Assembly (NCBI GenBank): GCA_000151265.1
Contig: GG663750.1
Coordinates: 341,915 to 373,914 of the forward strand
Origin: Micromonas pusilla
Taxonomy: Eukaryota
Direction: 5' to 3'
DNA: 32,000 nucleotides
Shown: piece after piece, positions 9,080 to 18,692 of the stretch
Position numbering within the stretch: position 1 is the first letter of the stretch
Layout of the letters: every line of letters starts with the position of its first letter
Translations under genes and position numbers: made by a program
The notes under the pieces: model-generated
The model's input: only the letters and a program-made list of their open reading frames with translations
Databases searched by the model: none
What the model was told of the DNA's origin: nothing

Positions 9080-9477
9080 GCCATTTTGAGCATGCAGTCA
9101 TCGTCCACATGATGTAGGGAGCCTCTCCACGAAGTTTCACGTCGATCGAAGCGGTTTTGACGCTACTGTGGTCTCATCATCGTCGATCGTGGTGCACGTT
9201 TTGGAAAAAGTTTTGGCAAAGGAGGACGCGTCCGTCGCGACGTTCGGGACGCGGACGATACACGCGGCACGGTCGGGTCGAATAGGGTCGGGTCGTACGT
9301 GTAGCACGGTCGGGTGGAATCGGGTCAGGGCGATGCGGGTCGCGAGGACGACGCGCACCGTGCACGGCTCTCGTCGCGTGCGATTTCGCCGCCCGACCCC
9401 GGCGCGCCGCTCGCGCGCGTCCCGAGGCTGTCGAAGTTTCGGCAAGCGCGCGCACGCGCCGCGCGCGCTGCGCGCGC

Positions 9478-9800
9478 GCTGCGGCGGCTTCGCCGCGGCG
9501 GCTCGCGGCTCCGCCGCCGCGGCTCCGCTGCCGCCGCCGCGCCTGCCGCGGCTCCGCTGCGGCTTCGCCGCCGCAGCGCCTGCCGCGGCTCCGCTGCGGC
9601 TTCGCCGCCGCAGCGCCTGCCGCGGCTCCGCTGCGGCTTCGCCGCCGCAGCGCCTGCCGCGGCTTCGCCGCGGCCGCGGCGCTGCCACGCCGCCGCGGCG
9701 CTGCCACGCCGTTGCGGCTTCGCCGCCGCAGCGCCTGCCGCGGCTTCGCCGCCGCCGCGCCTGCCGCGGCTCCGCTGCGGCTCCGCCGCTGCCGCGCCGC
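9478..9800. repeat. GC-rich 37-bp minisatellite
   Basis: The unit gcctgccgcggctccgctgcggcttcgccgccgcagc starts at 9541, 9578 and 9615 (perfect copies), with degenerate units on both sides. A 37-nt period is not a multiple of 3. At least four frames are stop-free purely because of composition. Confidence 0.8.
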
Positions 9801-9829
9801 GGCCGTGCGACCGCGTCGCCGGTCGAGGT

Positions 9830-10300
9830 TATGAATACCTTCGAGAACGACGCGTCCTCGGCGCGCGGGATATCCCCGACGGGACCTGCAAAAAAGAGGC
9901 TGGAGCGTTCGCGGCGGCGAGACGGGGACGGCGGAGCCGCGCGCGAGCACGTGCGCGTCGAAGACATCGCGCGCGTCCGCGGCGAATCGTTCCAAGCGCG
10001 AGCCCGCGTCGAGATCTGCGGAAGTCGATCCGTCCCCCGCGATCTCGTCGACGTCCCCGCTGTTCATCCGCGGTGGAGGCGACGTCGCGTCGCGACGATC
10101 TCGGGGTGCGCGAGCACTTCGCGACGAGGCCGCGGAAGCGGAGGAGGGAGAGGAGGAAGAGGACGCGCCCGTCGTCGCGCGCGAGGCGAGTGACGAGACG
10201 GGACGACGCGAAGCGGGCGTTTCTGTTCGTGCTCGAGCGGACGAGCTCCGGGACGGACACGCCCGCCGCGCGCCTTTTCTGGAGCCAGTCTACCAGCAGA
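9830..10300 (-). pseudogene. Degenerate duplicate of the 5' flank and N-terminus of the ankyrin-like gene
   Basis: Positions 10064..10300 and 9830..10067 are homologous to 5282..5460 and ~5040..5283. Compare MNSGDVDEIAGDGSTSADL..RFAADARDVFDAHVL with MNRGGVDDIAGDGSTSADL..RLAADARTRDVFNANIL. Frames are shifted relative to the intact copy. The F-box-like segment and all 81-bp repeats are missing, and the 37-bp minisatellite sits in their place. Confidence 0.45.
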
Positions 10301-10387
10301 CCAGTCACGCGCAGCAGCAGCAGCAGCGGTCAAAAACGCGGCGCGCGCGCTCGTCGACCCCACCCCCGCCCCTCTTCCACGCAGACC

Positions 10388-11924
10388 ATGCCTCCTAAGA
10401 AGGTCGTCGAAGAGGAGACGCTCGGCCCGTGGGCGCTCGGGCGCTTCTCCAGCAACCTCAAGGTCCGTGTCGTCGTATCCGAGCCGCCGCTCGATCGATC
10501 GTCCCGCGATCGAAGAAAGAAACAAACGCCGTTCGATCGTCGATCTCGTCGATCTCGTCGCTGACCCCCCCTCCTCCTCCAATCCTCCAATCCTCCTCCA
10601 CCCACACAGGTCGGCCTCGTCGGGATGCCGAACGTCGGCAAATCCACGCTGTACAACGCGCTCTCCAACTGCAGCATCCCCGCGGAAAACTTCCCCTTCT
10701 GCACGATCGACCCGAACTCGACGCGCGTCCATGTCCCAGACGAGCGGTTCGACTGGCTCGTGGATCACCACAAGCCCAAGTCCGTGGTGCAGCCGTTTCT
10801 GGAGATCGTCGACATCGCCGGTCTCGTCAAGGGCGCGAGCACGGGCGCGGGCCTCGGGAACGCGTTCCTGAGCCACATCAAGGCTGTGGACGGCATCCTC
10901 CACGTGATGCGCGCGTTCGACGACCCGGACGTGATCCACGTGGAGGACCGCGTCGACCCCGTGGGCGACATCGACATCATCACGTCCGAACTTCGCATCA
11001 AAGACCTCGAGTTCATGAACGCGCACTTAACGAAGATGAAGAAGGACGGTCAGCGCGCGGCGCAGAACCCGCAGATGGCGAAAGCGCACAAGACGGAGCT
11101 GGAGTGCGTCGAGAAGGTGATCGCGTGGCTCGAGGTGCGTTCTATCTCACACTGGTCCCCATACGACCCCGTTCGCGTGGTGAACGCCGTTTCATAAGGA
11201 CTTTTCCCGGCGTGTCTCTCCGCCCACACCTCGCTTTCAATCCCCGACCTCGACGCCTTTCAACTCCGACTGACGCCTTTCAACTCCACCCCGACGTTCG
11301 CTCGTATGGAACTCGCCTCAGGACGGGAAGGAGATTCGCAACGGGATGGAGCAGTGGAGCACGACGGACGTGGACTTTTTGAACACGTACCAGCTGTTGA
11401 CGTCCAAGCCGGTCATCTACCTCGTGAACCTCACGGAGAAGGACTACGCGCGGAAGAAGAACAAGTGGCTCGCGAAGATCCACGCGTGGGTCATGGAGCA
11501 CGGCGGCGGGACGATCATACCGTTCAGCGGCGCGTTCGAGTGCGAGCTTCAGGACGTCCCCGAGGACGAGAAGGCGCAGTTCCAGAAGGACAAGGAGATG
11601 ACGACGATCCTGCCGAAGATCATCAAGACCGCGTTCAGCACGATCCACCTGATTTACTTCTTCACCGCGGGCCCGGACGAGGTGAAGGCGTGGTGCATCC
11701 GGAAGGGGTTTAAGGCGCCGCAGGCGGCGGGGGCCATTCACACGGATTTCGAACGCGGGTTCATCTGCGCGGAGGTGATGGCGTTCGAGACGCTGAAAGA
11801 GCTCGGGAGCGAGCAGGAGGTCAAGGCGAAGGGGAAGTACAAGCAGGAGGGGAAGACGTACTTGGTGAACGACGGCGACGTCATCTTCTTCAAGTTCAAC
11901 GTCACCGCGAAAGGGAAGAAGTAA
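10388..11924 (+). CDS. OLA1: Obg-like ATPase 1 (OLA1 / YchF family GTPase/ATPase)
   Basis: Model is join(10388..10462, 10610..11134, 11322..11924). Sequence [25 protein letters not shown]|[18 protein letters not shown] (P-loop), [10 protein letters not shown], NxxE..., [31 protein letters not shown], and C-terminal GDVIFFKFN. All junctions are phase 0 and collinear with OLA1/YchF. Confidence 0.9.
10463..10609 (+). other. Conventional (non-IE) intron, 147 nt
   Basis: CTCAAG|GTCCGTGTCG...CCTCCTCCACCCACACAG|GTCGGC. It has a pyrimidine-rich 3' end and no IE similarity. Confidence 0.8.
11135..11321 (+). mobile_element. Introner element copy IE2, intron 2 of OLA1
   Basis: CTCGAG|GTGCGTTCTATCTCACACTGGTCCCCATACGACCCCGTTCGCGTGGTGAACGCC...GACGCCTTTCAACTCC (x2)...CGCTCGTATGGAACTCGCCTCAG|GACGGG. 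Length 187 nt, GT-AG, phase 0. Confidence 0.9.
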
Positions 11925-12134
11925 AATAAAATGAATAATGGGATCGACTCTGGAGAAGGTATTTTTACTGTATGACGACGCTGCGCCCGACGAGCGACGG
12001 ACGACGACGCGAAGAAGAAGCGAGTGAAGAAGTTATCATCGAATATCATCCATCATCCACGTCATCACGAGACGTAGTACGTCTTCTGTCTCATCATCAC
12101 GCCATCGCGCCATCGCGCCGCCTCCATCACATGA

Positions 12135-13456
12135 TCACACGACGGCGTATAAGATCACCCCCTCCGTCGCCACGTCCACGAGCTTCGTGGAGCCGTGCGC
12201 CGCCAGCTCGGACAACCCCCGTCCCCAGTCCACGTCGTCCGCGCTCGCGCCCTTCACGATGAACACCTTCTTCTCCGGGACGTCGCACTGCGTCGCGACG
12301 ATCTTCCGCGCGAGCGTCACCGTGGCGGTCGCGGGGACGCGCGCGAACGGCGTCTCGAGCGGCCGCACGGACTCCGCGGTGTTGGCGCGGCGGAGCTCGA
12401 ACGCGATGGCGTCCGGGTCCGACGGCGTCGGCGCGTCGCTCGCCGGCCACGCGCGCGTCTCGAACCTGTGGTTGTCGTCCAGGACGCGGACTTCGTATAA
12501 CCCCGCGAAGTCGTCGGGCATCTCCACGACCGCGCCGGGTTTGAGCGCGGCGGTCGGTTTGGCGCGCGCGACGGGCGGCGGCGTCGCCGCCGCCGCCGCC
12601 GCCGCGGCTTTCGACGCGGCTGCTTTCGACGCCGCAGTCTTGGACGCCGCCGCCGCCGCAGCCGCCGCCGGAACCGCGGACTTTGGTCGGCCCGGCCCGG
12701 GTTTCTTCTCCGCGGACGCCTTCTCCTTCTTCGACGCGGACTTCGGCGCCGCCTTGGGCGTCTTCGCCGCGGCCACGGCGGCGACGGGCTCGCCCCACTC
12801 GTCGTCCGCGTCCTCCGCCGCGACGACCTCCTCCGCCGCCGCCGCCGGCGGCCGCGCCGCCGCCGCCTCCGCCGCGGCCGCGACCGCCTTCCTCGCCGCC
12901 TCCTCCTGCTCCCTGATGTACTGCTCCCTGACCGCGGCGGCCTGCTCCTTCCGTCGTCGCTTCGCCTCGCGCTCCTTCTCCTTCTCCTCCCTGTCCTTAT
13001 CCTTTCTCCACTCCGCGACGCCGGTTGAAAACGCATTCTCCTTGAGGTCGTAATCCCCGGCGTGCTCGTACGCCGCGGCGACGATCGCGTCGAAGTCTGG
13101 GTCTTCGCGCAGGACGCGCCGGGACGCCACGGGGACGCGGCACGTCGGGCAGTGGTTGTTGCTGGCGCGGAGTACGGGACGGAGGGACGGGGACGTCAGG
13201 GACGGGACGGATCGCGGCGGCGGGGCGGGCGCGAGAGGACGAAGACGCGCGCGCGGGCGAATTGATTATTCGATCGATCGAACGATCGACGGTCGACGCG
13301 AGCGGGGACGCACAGTTTACGGATGTGCTCCTCGATGCACGCGCCGCAGAACCGGTGCAGGCACGGCGACACGACTTTGACTTTCTTCAGCGTCCCCCAG
13401 CACACCGCGCATCGCGTGTCCGGGCGGACGTCCCCGAGCTTCAGCGTCGACGACAT
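12135..13456 (-). CDS. RING1: RING1-type E3 ubiquitin ligase (Polycomb PRC1 RING-finger-like) with a low-complexity Ala/Lys linker
   Basis: Model is join(13456..13314, 13161..12135), with a phase-2 intron. The spliced RING reads CAVCWGTLKKVKVVSPCLHRFCGACIEEHIRKL|NNHCPTCRVPVASRRVLREDPDFDAIVAAAY, closely matching plant and animal RING1 (CLHRFC...ECPxCR...SRRSLRxDPxFDALI). A C-terminal RAWUL-like fold is inferred only. The track ORF starts at GTG 13130, which is an internal Val codon. Confidence 0.8.
13162..13313 (-). other. Conventional (non-IE) intron, 152 nt
   Basis: Sense strand reads CGTAAACT|GTGCGTCCCCGCTCG...GTACTCCGCGCCAG|CAACAACCAC. No IE similarity. Confidence 0.75.
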
Positions 13457-13821
13457 CGATCGAATGTAATTAATCGTCGAGATCGCGGTGAGTAATTCTC
13501 CGTCGACGACGACCGGACGACGCGCGGGTGCCCGGCGCGGTTCGCTCGCGCGATCGAGCGATCGCGCGCGGACGACGCGGGCGCGAGGACGGCGCGGCGC
13601 GAGCGACCGCGGGCGTGGACGCGCGGGGGCGTGGACGCGGCGCGCGGGGCGTCGATCTGTGACGAGCCCTCGGCGCGGGCGGCGGACGGACTTCGAGCGA
13701 GCAGCGCCGCATTTGCATTTTCTCTTCAGCAGCGGCAGCGCTCGCTGGAGGGAGTTTTTCTCGCGCCGGGGGCGAACGCGGACGCGCGGGGAATGGGTAT
13801 TAGGAAACGTTGCGCTCGAGA

Positions 13822-13864
13822 GTTCGTTCGTTCGTACGTACGTTCGTTCGTTCGTTCGTTCGTT
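13822..13864. repeat. (GTTC)n microsatellite next to a TGTAA motif (minus strand)
   Basis: Sequence is gttcgttcgttcgtacgtacgttcgttcgttcgttcgttcgttaca. Minus-strand TGTAA lies at 13863..13867, about 33 nt downstream of the Sel1/MYND stop codon. Confidence 0.8.
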
Positions 13865-13899
13865 ACAATCGCGCATCGTCGTGTTCGTGCTGTCGTGGT

Positions 13900-15357
13900 T
13901 CAGTTCGATACTTCTCTCTCCATCGCTTCTCTCTCCATCGCCGCCTCCTCGCGGAGCCGCGCGAAATACCCCGGAGGCATGATTCCGTTCACGGCGCGCG
14001 AGCACGTCTCTCTGTGCGGCGGGTGCGGTTCGGTTCCGCGGGCCCCGTCCTTCTGCTGGCAGCGTATGTCGCAGTACCGCACGCCGCGGCACAGCTTGCA
14101 TCCCAATCGCGCGTCGCGCTTGCCACAGGTGACGCACGCTCGAAGCTTCACGAGCTCCTCGGCGACGGCGGCGTTGTCTGGGTAGTAAATTTCGGCAAGT
14201 TTGAACGCCTCCTTTGCCATCCGAAGGTTCTTCTCGAGTCCGCATCTCCCGTGAAGGAAGCAGAGCGCGAGATGATGGACGCGATCTCCAGCCTTGTGGT
14301 CACGAAGCGGCCCGCCAACGAAGAGCTCCACGGCGGCGTCGCTGATGTTCGCACTGGTGTCTTGCACGATACCAAGGAGCGTTTCCCTTTTTGCAGTCCA
14401 CAAATCACCGAGACGGTCCACGTAGTGACTCACGTAGTCACTGCCGCCGCCACTAAACTTCGAGCGCTCGAGAAGCATCTTCTCGTATGCTACGTAATCG
14501 TTTTGAGCGATGGGCTGCGGGGCAGCTTCGGTGTGTGTGAGCTTCAACATAGTCTCCGATTTTTGGCATCCATGCTCGACTGCCTGCTCCCACCACTCCC
14601 GCGCCTTCGCTATGTTTCGCTCGACGCCGCGGCCTTCGTCGTAGAGCAGGCCGATATTGCACATCGAAGATTCGTCGCCCTGCGCCGCGGCTCTCTCGTA
14701 CCACTTCAACGCGTCTGCGTACCGTTCCCTTTCAAGCTCGAGATAGACCCCGTAGTTGTGTTGAGCGCAAAGATTCCCCTTCAACGCCCCTTTCAAGTAC
14801 CACGCCGCAGCCGTAGACTTGTTTCGCTCCACGCCGTGGCCGCTGTCGTAGAGAATCCCGAGGTTGTTCATGGCATCATCGTCGCCCTGCGCCGCGGCTT
14901 TCTCATACCACTCTCTCGCGGCTGTATACTGCTTCATATTACAGTCGAGAAAGATTCCGTAGTTGCATTGAGCTTCTTGATCCCCCGTCAACGCCGCTTT
15001 CAAGAACCACGCCGCAGCCGTAGACGTGTTTTTCTCGACGCCCTTGCCGTTCTCGTAGAGCCGCCCGAGCTGTATCATGGCGTCGGCGGAACCCTGCGCC
15101 GCGGCCTTCTCCCACCACTTGCGCGCGGCTTCGTACTCGCTTAGTCTGTAGAACACAGAGCCGAGATCTCTCTGCGCGTCAACGTGCCCGTGCTCCGCGG
15201 CCTTCAAGAGCCACTGACTACAGAGCTCCTTGTTTTCCTCCACGCCGCCGGTCCCGTCGCGGTAGTGCCCGGCGATCGCCTGCGCCGCATCCCCGCACCC
15301 GCCGTTCGCCTTCTTCGCGAGATCGCGGAGCTTCCGCGGCAGCTTGATCTTCGGCAT
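13900..15357 (-). CDS. Sel1-like (TPR-family) repeat protein with a C-terminal MYND zinc finger, copy 1
   Basis: Start chosen at ATG 15357 (MPKIKLPRKLRDLAKKANGGCG) because the paralogue starts at the same place (MTKIKLPRKIRELVKKANGGCG). Contains about 7 Sel1-like units (AAxQGxxxAMxxLGxLYxxGxGVExNxxxAxxW). MYND finger: CVTCGKRDARLGCKLCRGVRYCDIRCQQKD...H..HRETC. Single exon. Confidence 0.8.
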   Translation of the reverse strand: MPKIKLPRKLRDLAKKANGGCGDAAQAIAGHYRDGTGGVEENKELCSQWLLKAAEHGHVDAQRDLGSVFYRLSEYEAARKWWEKAAAQGSADAMIQLGRLYENGKGVEKNTSTAAAWFLKAALTGDQEAQCNYGIFLDCNMKQYTAAREWYEKAAAQGDDDAMNNLGILYDSGHGVERNKSTAAAWYLKGALKGNLCAQHNYGVYLELERERYADALKWYERAAAQGDESSMCNIGLLYDEGRGVERNIAKAREWWEQAVEHGCQKSETMLKLTHTEAAPQPIAQNDYVAYEKMLLERSKFSGGGSDYVSHYVDRLGDLWTAKRETLLGIVQDTSANISDAAVELFVGGPLRDHKAGDRVHHLALCFLHGRCGLEKNLRMAKEAFKLAEIYYPDNAAVAEELVKLRACVTCGKRDARLGCKLCRGVRYCDIRCQQKDGARGTEPHPPHRETCSRAVNGIMPPGYFARLREEAAMEREAMEREVSN

Positions 15358-15660
15358 CGCGACGTTCGCGCGACGTGCGGCGGCGCGGGAGGAAGTGGCG
15401 GCCGGCGCAGTCGTGGCTTTCAAAAAAAGGCGGGAAGGGAAAGCCCGCGTAGCGAGGCAGCCTCTGTTCGTCGACCTCCGCGAGAAGAACGCGCGAAGAG
15501 AGAGCTCTGCTCTGGGGGCGGACGGCGACGCGCAGAGGGAATCTATCGACGACGCGATGACGGAGACGACGACGACGACGAACGCGCACGTCAAAACCTA
15601 GGATGATGCGACGACGACCACCACCACCACCTCCGCCGACGACCTTCCCTTCCCTCGCGC

Positions 15661-16880
15661 TCACGCGGCGGCGTCCGCTGCGGCGATATTTTTCGCACTC
15701 CGCCTCCGCGGCAACAACGGCTCCAACGCGCCGTCCTCCCCCGGGTTGATCCTCCATATCGTGTACACGAGCACGGTCGCGATCGTGATCCACACCGCGC
15801 TCGGCGCGATCAGGTACCCCGCCTTGGCGCTCACACTGAAGTACTGAAACACGAGGTTGTACACGGAGAGCAAAACGCACCCGACGCCGAGCACGGCGGT
15901 GCCGAGCCGCTTCTCCACGTTGTTGATGTTGTTCCACGTGTCGCCCACGGATAGGTGGAGAAACATCGCGAAGATCGCGGGGTGGTTCAGCGTCCCGCCG
16001 AGCGCGTTGAAGACGACGACGCTAGACGCGGCGCGGAGGACCGCGATGGAGGTCCAGATGATCGGGAACGCGATCCCCGGCGGCATCCACGACGGACGCT
16101 TTCGCTGTTGAGTCGAAAGGCGGAGTCGAAAGGCGCGTCAGACGGAGTTGAAAGGCATCGAGGGTGGGGATTGAAAGCGAGGGGTGGGGATTGAAAGCGA
16201 GGGGTGGGCGGAGAGACACGCAAGGCAAAGTCCTTAAGGATCGGCGTGCACAACGCGAACGCGGTCGTATGGGGACCAGTGCGACGCGCCTCCACCTTCG
16301 CCGCTCTCTCGTCGGCGAGCTTCGGGCGCGACGCGTTCAGCGGCGAGAACGTCCGCGACTTGAGCGCGTTGAACGCGAACCACACGAACACGATGACGTT
16401 CTGATACTTCATCGGTAGGCCGCTGTTGTTCAGGCCGCCGTTGAGCCAGAGCGTGAACCACACGAGAAGGGCGCACTGCGCGGCGGTGGCGGCGAAATAG
16501 CGTCCGAGGGCGGTCCAGTCGATCGCGGCGTCGTCGTCCGCGAGGGAGGACGTCGGCGCGTCGGAGGACGCCGCGGCGTCCGCGCGCGCGACGACGACGA
16601 CGCGAGCGGGCGTCGTCTTCGTCGTCGTCGTTTTCGTCGTCGTCATCGTCTTCGACGTCGTCGCGGAGAGGCGCGCGGACGCGACGCCCGCGCGGTGTTC
16701 CGGGGCGAGGCGGAGCGACCATCTCGTCGACGACGACGACGGCGACGGCGCGACGGCCGCCGCGCGCGGCGCGACCGGGAGGCGCGCGCGCGCGCGCGCG
16801 ACGCCGCGACGCGCGGCGCCGAGCGCGATGGCGGACGTCGTCGGCGAGGACGACGACGCCGTCATCGCGGAGAGGTCCAT
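15661..16880 (-). CDS. TSPO: TspO/MBR-family membrane protein with a long N-terminal extension
   Basis: Model is join(16880..16290, 16104..15661). Exon 2 (RK)RPSWMPPGIAFPIIWTSIAVL...YLIAPSAVWITIATVLVYTIWRINP is collinear with bacterial TspO (KPWWNPPRWVFPLAWTSLY...PYLIWATAATGLNFEAMRLN). Start ATG 16880 (MDLSAMTASSS) was chosen among several candidates. In-frame alternative splice sites exist: an acceptor 6 nt downstream and a GT donor 6 nt upstream. Confidence 0.65.
16105..16289 (-). mobile_element. Introner element copy IE3, intron of the TspO-like gene
   Basis: Sense strand reads GTGGAG|GCGCGTCGCACTGGTCCCCATACGACCGCGTTCGCG...CCTTAAGGAC...; the CACCCCTCGCTTTCAATCCCC module is present twice. 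The 3' end lacks the usual CGTATGGAAC terminus and ends CTCAACAG|CGAAAG. Length 185 nt, apparent GC-AG, phase 0. Confidence 0.8.
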
Positions 16881-17326
16881 CGCGACGGCGCAGCGGCGGA
16901 CGCGAGGTCCGAGAGTGACGTGTCGCCGTCTACCCGTCTCGCGCTCGCGCTCGCGCTCGACGGGCGCGCGCGCTCGATCGATCGGCGGGAATCGCGCGAT
17001 CAAATTTTCGTGCCGTGGCTGACTAGACTTTGTCCGTTTTCGCGCCTTGAATTCCCGGCGCGCGTCTCAGAAACACGCGCGCGACGGTCACGTCCGCACG
17101 TCTCAAAGGTGCGAACACGCTCGTCGCGAAGCACGTCGCTCCATCTCGCCAGCGCGCGCGCGCGCGCGTCCGCGCGCGCGGCGCGCGCGAGCCCATGAGA
17201 CCGTTCGAAATTTGGATTTTCCTTCCGACCCCCAATCCGCCAATTCATCTGACATTCATGTCCGCCACTCCTCCTCGTCTCTCTCTCTCCGCGATACGCA
17301 GTCTTCTCGCCCCCACCTCTCTCGAG

Positions 17327-18389
17327 ATGGTGAAGCTCAGCAAGATGAACAAGTCGCAGAAGGTGCTCCTCGCGTACGCCGCGCTCTACGCCGTGTACAG
17401 CCTCTTCTGGCTCGGCGAGATGGTCGGCCTTCAAGACGCGGGCTTGAAATTCTTTGGCAAGCGAGCTGGAAAGATTCAAGTCTCCGCCGCGACCTGGGGC
17501 GGCGTCGGCGGCCTCACGCTCGCCCTCGACCACGTCTTCGCCGCGCTCAAGTGCAGCAAGGACGTCGCGCAGAGGACAGTCCTCGTCACGCTCCTCGGCT
17601 GCTTCTTCCGCCTCGGCGCGTTCGCGAGCCAGGCGCGTTCTCCTCACACTGGTCCCCGTACGACGGCGTTGGCGTGGTGAACGCCGATCCTTAAGGACTT
17701 TTGCCGTCGTCTCTCTCCGCCCACCCCTCGCGTTCAATCCCCGCCCTCGACGCCTTTCAACTCCGCTTCTGACGCCTTTGAACTCCACACAGGGGTCGCA
17801 AAAATGGGGCGGCGCGCTCGTCCACTCTGAATTCGTCGCCGGCGGCGTCATCACGATCGGGATGATCCTCGCCGCGATGGAGTGCCTCCGCGGCGGCCTC
17901 ACGTCCGGGAAGCACCCGATCTTCGGCTGCAAGGGTCTGACCCACGGCAACCTGATTCTTCTGTGGGCGATGATGTTCTTTTACGTCGTCTCTTTCATCT
18001 TCACCGATTTCATCGGCGACAACTACGTCTGCGGCAAGACGAGCTGCAGGATTTCGGAGCCGCGCGCGTACGACCAGATGGCGTGGACGATCTCCATGTG
18101 GGTCTCCGTCATGGTCCAGATCCCGATGATGCTCTCCGTCGCCACGAAGGCGGAGCAGCAGAAGTTTGCGCTGCAGAGGCTCCTCTCCATCGTGTTTTCC
18201 ATCTATGTGATGCACTCGGAGAAGGACATCTCCGTTCCGTCCAAGTACCTCGAGAACCTCGTCGCCATGGGCGTGATGTTCGTGCTCTGCCTCACCGCCG
18301 GGCTCGGCGACAAGATCATGAAGCCGAAGAAGGCTAAGCGCGCGGCGGCGGCGAACAACACCGCGGTCGGACGCCGCAAGCGCCAGTAA
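17327..18389 (+). CDS. Multi-pass membrane protein of unknown function
   Basis: Model is join(17327..17632, 17793..18389). Removing the IE joins two long ORFs (frames of 17195..17680 and 17454..18389) at phase 0: ..RLGAFASQ|GSQKWGGALVHSEF... Several hydrophobic segments and a Lys/Arg-rich C-terminus. The start could also be 17195 or 17258. I recognised no family. Confidence 0.6.
17633..17792 (+). mobile_element. Introner element copy IE4 (3'-truncated), intron of the membrane-protein gene
   Basis: AGCCAG|GCGCGTTCTCCTCACACTGGTCCCCGTACGACGGCGTTGGCGTGGTGAACGCCGATCCTTAAGGAC...GACGCCTTTGAACTCCACACAG|GGGTCG. Length 160 nt. It lacks the terminal CGTATGGAAC block. GC-AG, phase 0. Confidence 0.85.
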
Positions 18390-18692
18390 ACGGTTTTGGT
18401 TTCCAACCGACGAAAAACAAATTTAAAAAAAAAAAACACGCGGCGGGGGCGACTGCGCGCCCGCGCGCGTCGCCAGTCACGCGTGACCGCTCACTGCTTG
18501 CGACTATAATAACACATAATATCGCGCGCGCGCGCCGCTGAGTACCACCAAAAACAGCGGCGCCGCGGCTTCGGGGAAAAACTACCGTTGTAATATTTAT
18601 AACGAAGAAGTGAAACGAACGACACGCGACGACGTCTGACACTTCTCTTCTTCATCAAATCGCCGCCACACCGCGCCTCGAATCCATCATTC

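Noticed and set aside
9168-10564. Long ORFs on both strands across the minisatellite and the ankyrin-gene fragment (9168..10193, 9314..10564, 9137..9967, 9177..10067).
   Set aside because: They are open only because the 37-bp GC-rich repeat lacks stop codons in most frames. The period is not a multiple of 3, and homology to the intact paralogue is frame-shifted.
11135-11197. C-terminal tails such as [20 protein letters not shown]-stop or [19 protein letters not shown]-stop, which recur at the ends of many track ORFs and look like a conserved peptide.
   Set aside because: They are read-through translations of the 5' part of the introner element up to the TAA in CTTAAG or CATAAG. Splicing them out restores conserved protein collinearity.
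13196-14245. Upstream extensions of track ORFs beyond the chosen starts: 13196..14245 (RING gene region), 13900..15594 and 21008..22552 (Sel1/MYND), 5559..7778 (HPAT), 15987..17003 (TspO-like).
   Set aside because: The extensions are low-complexity and are not conserved between the paralogues. For Sel1/MYND, homology begins at MPKIKL/MTKIKL. In the RING gene the extension runs through an intron.
18476-18487. A perfect 12-nt palindrome GTCACGCGTGAC (containing ACGCGT), plus nearby GC-rich imperfect hairpins, lies in the convergent intergenic region between the membrane-protein gene and NAXD.
   Set aside because: It is short, and CG-rich palindromes are expected by chance at this base composition. 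I found no second copy and no positional logic.
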